Below, in pieces: positions 57,923 through 60,476 of a stretch of 60,476 nt of DNA. Below the pieces are notes generated by a model. That model worked only from the letters and a program-made list of their open reading frames with translations, had not been told where the DNA came from and searched no databases. Position 1 is the stretch's first letter; the number at the start of each line of letters is the position of its first letter. This stretch comes from Tenericutes bacterium ADurb.Bin239 (GTDB lineage: Bacteria; Bacillota_I; Bacilli_A; RFN20; CAG-826): NCBI GenBank assembly GCA_002069815.1, contig MWCB01000004.1:1-60476 (forward strand). The letters run 5' to 3'. Made by a program: the position numbers and the translations under genes.

Positions 57923-59274
57923 CAATTAAAGAAAACGATATTTTCATCGTTACGGGTAGTGATTACACAAGTGAAGGTATTGGCCTAGCTAAGGTCAACG
58001 ATTTTCCTATTTTCATTAATAATTTAATAATTGGTGAAGAAGCGGAAATTAAAATAACGAAAGTTATGCGTAAGTTTGCGCTTGGTAAAATAATTCGCTT
58101 CACCAAGATGTCAAGTGATCGCATTACACCGCTTATTCCTGAAACTATCCATCTTGCAGGATGTCAATTTACCCAACTTGCGTATCCAAAAGAAGTTGAA
58201 TATAAACTTTCCAAAGTTGAAAGGGCGCTGCGGGTTATAGGCGGTATTAATTATAAGGTTGAAAAGATTCATGCGGCGACGAATCCTTACTTTTATCGTA
58301 ATAAAACTGTATTACCGTTTGGTAAGCGTAAAAGTGGAAAAGTAATAACTGGTTTATTTCGCCATAACACCCATGAGATTATCGCAATGGAAAAGACGCA
58401 TCTTGATGACGAACTTGCTAGTAAAGTTGTTGCTGAAATTCGTAATTTAATAGAAAAATATAACTATGAAGTTTATGACGAAAAGAGTCACACCGGCGAA
58501 GTGCGGAAAGTAATGGTTCGAACGAGTCATTATTTAAAAGAGGTGATGGTTGTCCTCATTACAAGAAATGAAGAAACACCTAATTTAGATGCATTTTGCC
58601 GCGATTTAGTGGCAATTTGTCCTGAAGTGACTACTATTATTCAAAATATTAATGACGAAAGAACAAATGTTATATTAGGCAAAAAAGAAAAAGTTTTATA
58701 TGGCCCAGGCGTTATTAGTGAAGAACTTCATGGTCTTAAATTTACCTTATCTAGTAAATCGTTTTTCCAAGTTAATACGCTCCAAGCTGAAGTTCTTTAT
58801 AAGCGAGTGTTAGAACTTGCTGAAATCACTAATAATGATGTAGTATTAGATGCTTATTCTGGTACTGGAACAATTGCTTTACTAGCGGCAAAAAAAGCTA
58901 ACCAAGTCGTCGGTGTGGAAATAGTGAAAGATGCCGTAAAAGATGCTGAGAAAAATGCAAAACAAAATGGCATTACCAATGTTAAATTTTATAAAGATGA
59001 TGCAGGAGCGTTTTTAACAAGAGAAATGAATAACTATAATTTTAATGTAGTGTTTGTTGATCCACCTCGTAAAGGACTAAGTGACGAGTTTGTTAATGCT
59101 TTGTTAAAAGCTTCGCCGCCGAAAATAATGTATGTATCTTGTGATCCCGCTACTTTAGCGAGAGATTTACAAAAACTTACGAAGAAATATAAAATTAATC
59201 ATATTGAATGTGTTGATATGTTTCCGCGTACCGCTCACGTGGAAACAATCGTTGGCTTGATTTTAAAGAAATAA
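57919..59274 (+). CDS. rlmD: 23S rRNA (uracil-C5)-methyltransferase, RlmD/RumA family
   Basis: N-terminal TRAM-like domain, SAM motif DAYSGTGTI, FVDPPRKG, and catalytic Cys context YVSCDPATLARD. ATGA overlap with metG. Confidence 0.85.
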   Translation: MTIKENDIFIVTGSDYTSEGIGLAKVNDFPIFINNLIIGEEAEIKITKVMRKFALGKIIRFTKMSSDRITPLIPETIHLAGCQFTQLAYPKEVEYKLSKVERALRVIGGINYKVEKIHAATNPYFYRNKTVLPFGKRKSGKVITGLFRHNTHEIIAMEKTHLDDELASKVVAEIRNLIEKYNYEVYDEKSHTGEVRKVMVRTSHYLKEVMVVLITRNEETPNLDAFCRDLVAICPEVTTIIQNINDERTNVILGKKEKVLYGPGVISEELHGLKFTLSSKSFFQVNTLQAEVLYKRVLELAEITNNDVVLDAYSGTGTIALLAAKKANQVVGVEIVKDAVKDAEKNAKQNGITNVKFYKDDAGAFLTREMNNYNFNVVFVDPPRKGLSDEFVNALLKASPPKIMYVSCDPATLARDLQKLTKKYKINHIECVDMFPRTAHVETIVGLILKK

Positions 59275-59339
59275 AACCCATTTATTTTTAATAAAAAATC
59301 TGAATTTTTGGACAAAGACATGACCCATGAATGCCACTT

Positions 59340-59366
59340 TTACTTAATAGATTTTCTATTAAGTAA
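59340..59366. repeat. Perfect 12-bp inverted repeat with a 3-nt spacer
   Basis: ttacttaataga ttt tctattaagtaa lies in the 250-nt AT-rich gap between rlmD and the nucleotidyltransferase gene. No T-run follows it. Confidence 0.9.
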
Positions 59367-59522
59367 TTATGCCAAGAGATAGCCTATATCTAGGGTTGTA
59401 AGTGGTAACATGTGTTTTATCTTTTTATTGAAGTGCAAAATATGTTGTTTTATCATATAACGATTTAAAGATTTATACTTTAGATGGTCGGTTATGGGAA
59501 ATATCTTTTTGGAGGTACTTCT

Positions 59523-60179
59523 ATGTACGATTATGTAAGAAATAAAGATAAGGATTTTTTGATGAACATGAGGAGCGTGTGCTCTGATTTAATCAACCAG
59601 CTTGTTCAGCTCATAAATAGTGAGGACACGCTTTATGTTGAAGCAAATCTCGTTGGGAGCGGAGCAAAGCATCTTGAAACGCAAAATAACAATGAACCAA
59701 TCGATTTGGATTATAACTTAGTCATTTTGGATACAAACGGTCTGGACATAAATGATTGCAGAGAGATTAAAGAATATGTTCGTAAATTATTTAATATTGT
59801 TTTAAAGAATAATGGTTGGGGAGATTGCAAAGATTCGACATCAGCTCTATCGACCGAAAGACGTCATTTTAAACAAGGTAATAAAACCGAATTCAGTATA
59901 GATTTAGCAATCATTACAGAAGATAGAGAGTCTTGGTATAGATTAATTCATGAAAAGACCGGGTTTGTTAATAACGATAGATACTATTGGAACGAAGGCC
60001 CTGACTCAAAAGGTTTAACTAAAAGGGTTGAATGGATTAAAAAGAACGACCTTTGGAATGAAGTCAGAGACGCTTATCTAAATAAGAAAAACATGTATTT
60101 AAAAAGAGGCGATCATAACCACCCATCATTTAATGTTTATATAGAGGCAGTTAACGAAGTTTATTACTCAAATAAATAG
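59523..60179 (+). CDS. Standalone Pol-beta-superfamily nucleotidyltransferase (minimal NTase fold), function unknown
   Basis: LVGSGAKHL (G-S motif), IDLDYNL (DxD) and FSIDLAI (third acidic residue). The start was placed at MYDYVRN with the RBS ggagg. 10 of 12 Arg codons are AGA/AGG, unlike the core genes. Confidence 0.6.
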   Translation: MYDYVRNKDKDFLMNMRSVCSDLINQLVQLINSEDTLYVEANLVGSGAKHLETQNNNEPIDLDYNLVILDTNGLDINDCREIKEYVRKLFNIVLKNNGWGDCKDSTSALSTERRHFKQGNKTEFSIDLAIITEDRESWYRLIHEKTGFVNNDRYYWNEGPDSKGLTKRVEWIKKNDLWNEVRDAYLNKKNMYLKRGDHNHPSFNVYIEAVNEVYYSNK

Positions 60180-60305
60180 TGTCAGAAAAGAACCTCCTTT
60201 CTGTTCTATCCTCACGAGGAGTCCCCATCAGGTATTCTCCTAGCATCAATGGTGGGGATTTTTTGTTTTTCGTAACAAAGTTATTTTCAAAATATGTCAT
60301 ATAAT

Positions 60306-60353
60306 AAAAACCCTACAAATCTTGGCTAAATTGCTTGAAAATGTAGGGTTTTT
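60306..60353. terminator. Bidirectional terminator between convergent genes
   Basis: aaaaaccctaca (60306-60317) pairs with tgtagggttttt (60342-60353). Confidence 0.6.
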
Positions 60354-60358
60354 AATGT

Positions 60359-60476
60359 CTATACCAAGACAACTTTATAATGTAGGTGCTCATCTCTAAA
60401 GCTTCTTTCTAATGTCACATCTCCTTCTAAAAGTGGTGTGTGTTCAACCAAGCTCGCTCTCTTCTCTTTGATGTAG
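60359..60476 (-). CDS. 3' end of an unidentified minus-strand gene running off the window
   Basis: An open frame reads ...YIKEKRASLVEHTPLLEGDVTLERSFRDEHLHYKVVLV*, with its stop at 60359-61. All three Arg codons are AGA. It cannot be identified from 38 residues. Confidence 0.4.
   Translation of the reverse strand, partial: YIKEKRASLVEHTPLLEGDVTLERSFRDEHLHYKVVLV

Noticed and set aside
1-60476. Searched for CRISPR arrays, rRNA or tRNA genes, transposases or integrases, and UGA recoding
   Set aside because: No regularly spaced repeats were seen, and no tRNA-like T-arm (GGTTCGAATCC-type) occurs in any intergenic gap. No recombinase motifs were found. TGA clearly terminates recF, the oppF-like gene and metG, so genetic code 4 is excluded.

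Overview
This window is the chromosomal origin region of a low-GC Firmicutes/Mollicutes-related bacterium, possibly Erysipelotrichia- or Acholeplasma-like. TGA is used as a stop codon (recF and metG both end in TGA), and many exported proteins carry lipoboxes. Finer taxonomy cannot be called from sequence alone. From 1 to about 27.7 kb the content is core housekeeping. It comprises an oriC tail, dnaN-yaaA-recF-gyrB-gyrA, a T-box leader with serS, a small SRP RNA, tadA, and a MacB-like ABC fusion. It continues with a P-type ATPase, psuG, TetR plus Fe-ADH, mscL, degV, a Zur-controlled znuACB-zur operon and tldD/pmbA. From about 27.7 to 55.9 kb lies a roughly 28-kb accessory glycan-utilisation locus built from two modules. 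Module 1 has LacI, an FGGY kinase, three lipoprotein GH32-like beta-propellers and one cytoplasmic one, an Opp/Dpp-type ABC importer and a LamG-like lipoprotein. Two perfect cre/LacI-type palindromes sit in front of it. Module 2 has an ArsR-wHTH fusion regulator facing a tightly coupled operon. That operon reads GH2, glycyl-radical activase, short glycyl radical enzyme, GH43 lipoprotein, 749-aa Ig/LamG lipoprotein, then a sugar ABC importer. The glycyl radical enzyme pair embedded among glycoside hydrolases is the best candidate for an undescribed system. The cytoplasmic GH32-like gene is broken by a 74-nt inverted-plus-direct foldback duplication. After rpmE-metG-rlmD the window ends in a small islet with foreign codon usage that encodes a standalone Pol-beta-type nucleotidyltransferase. 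No rRNA, tRNA, CRISPR array, transposase or integrase was seen. All family assignments come from motif reading by eye, not from database searches.
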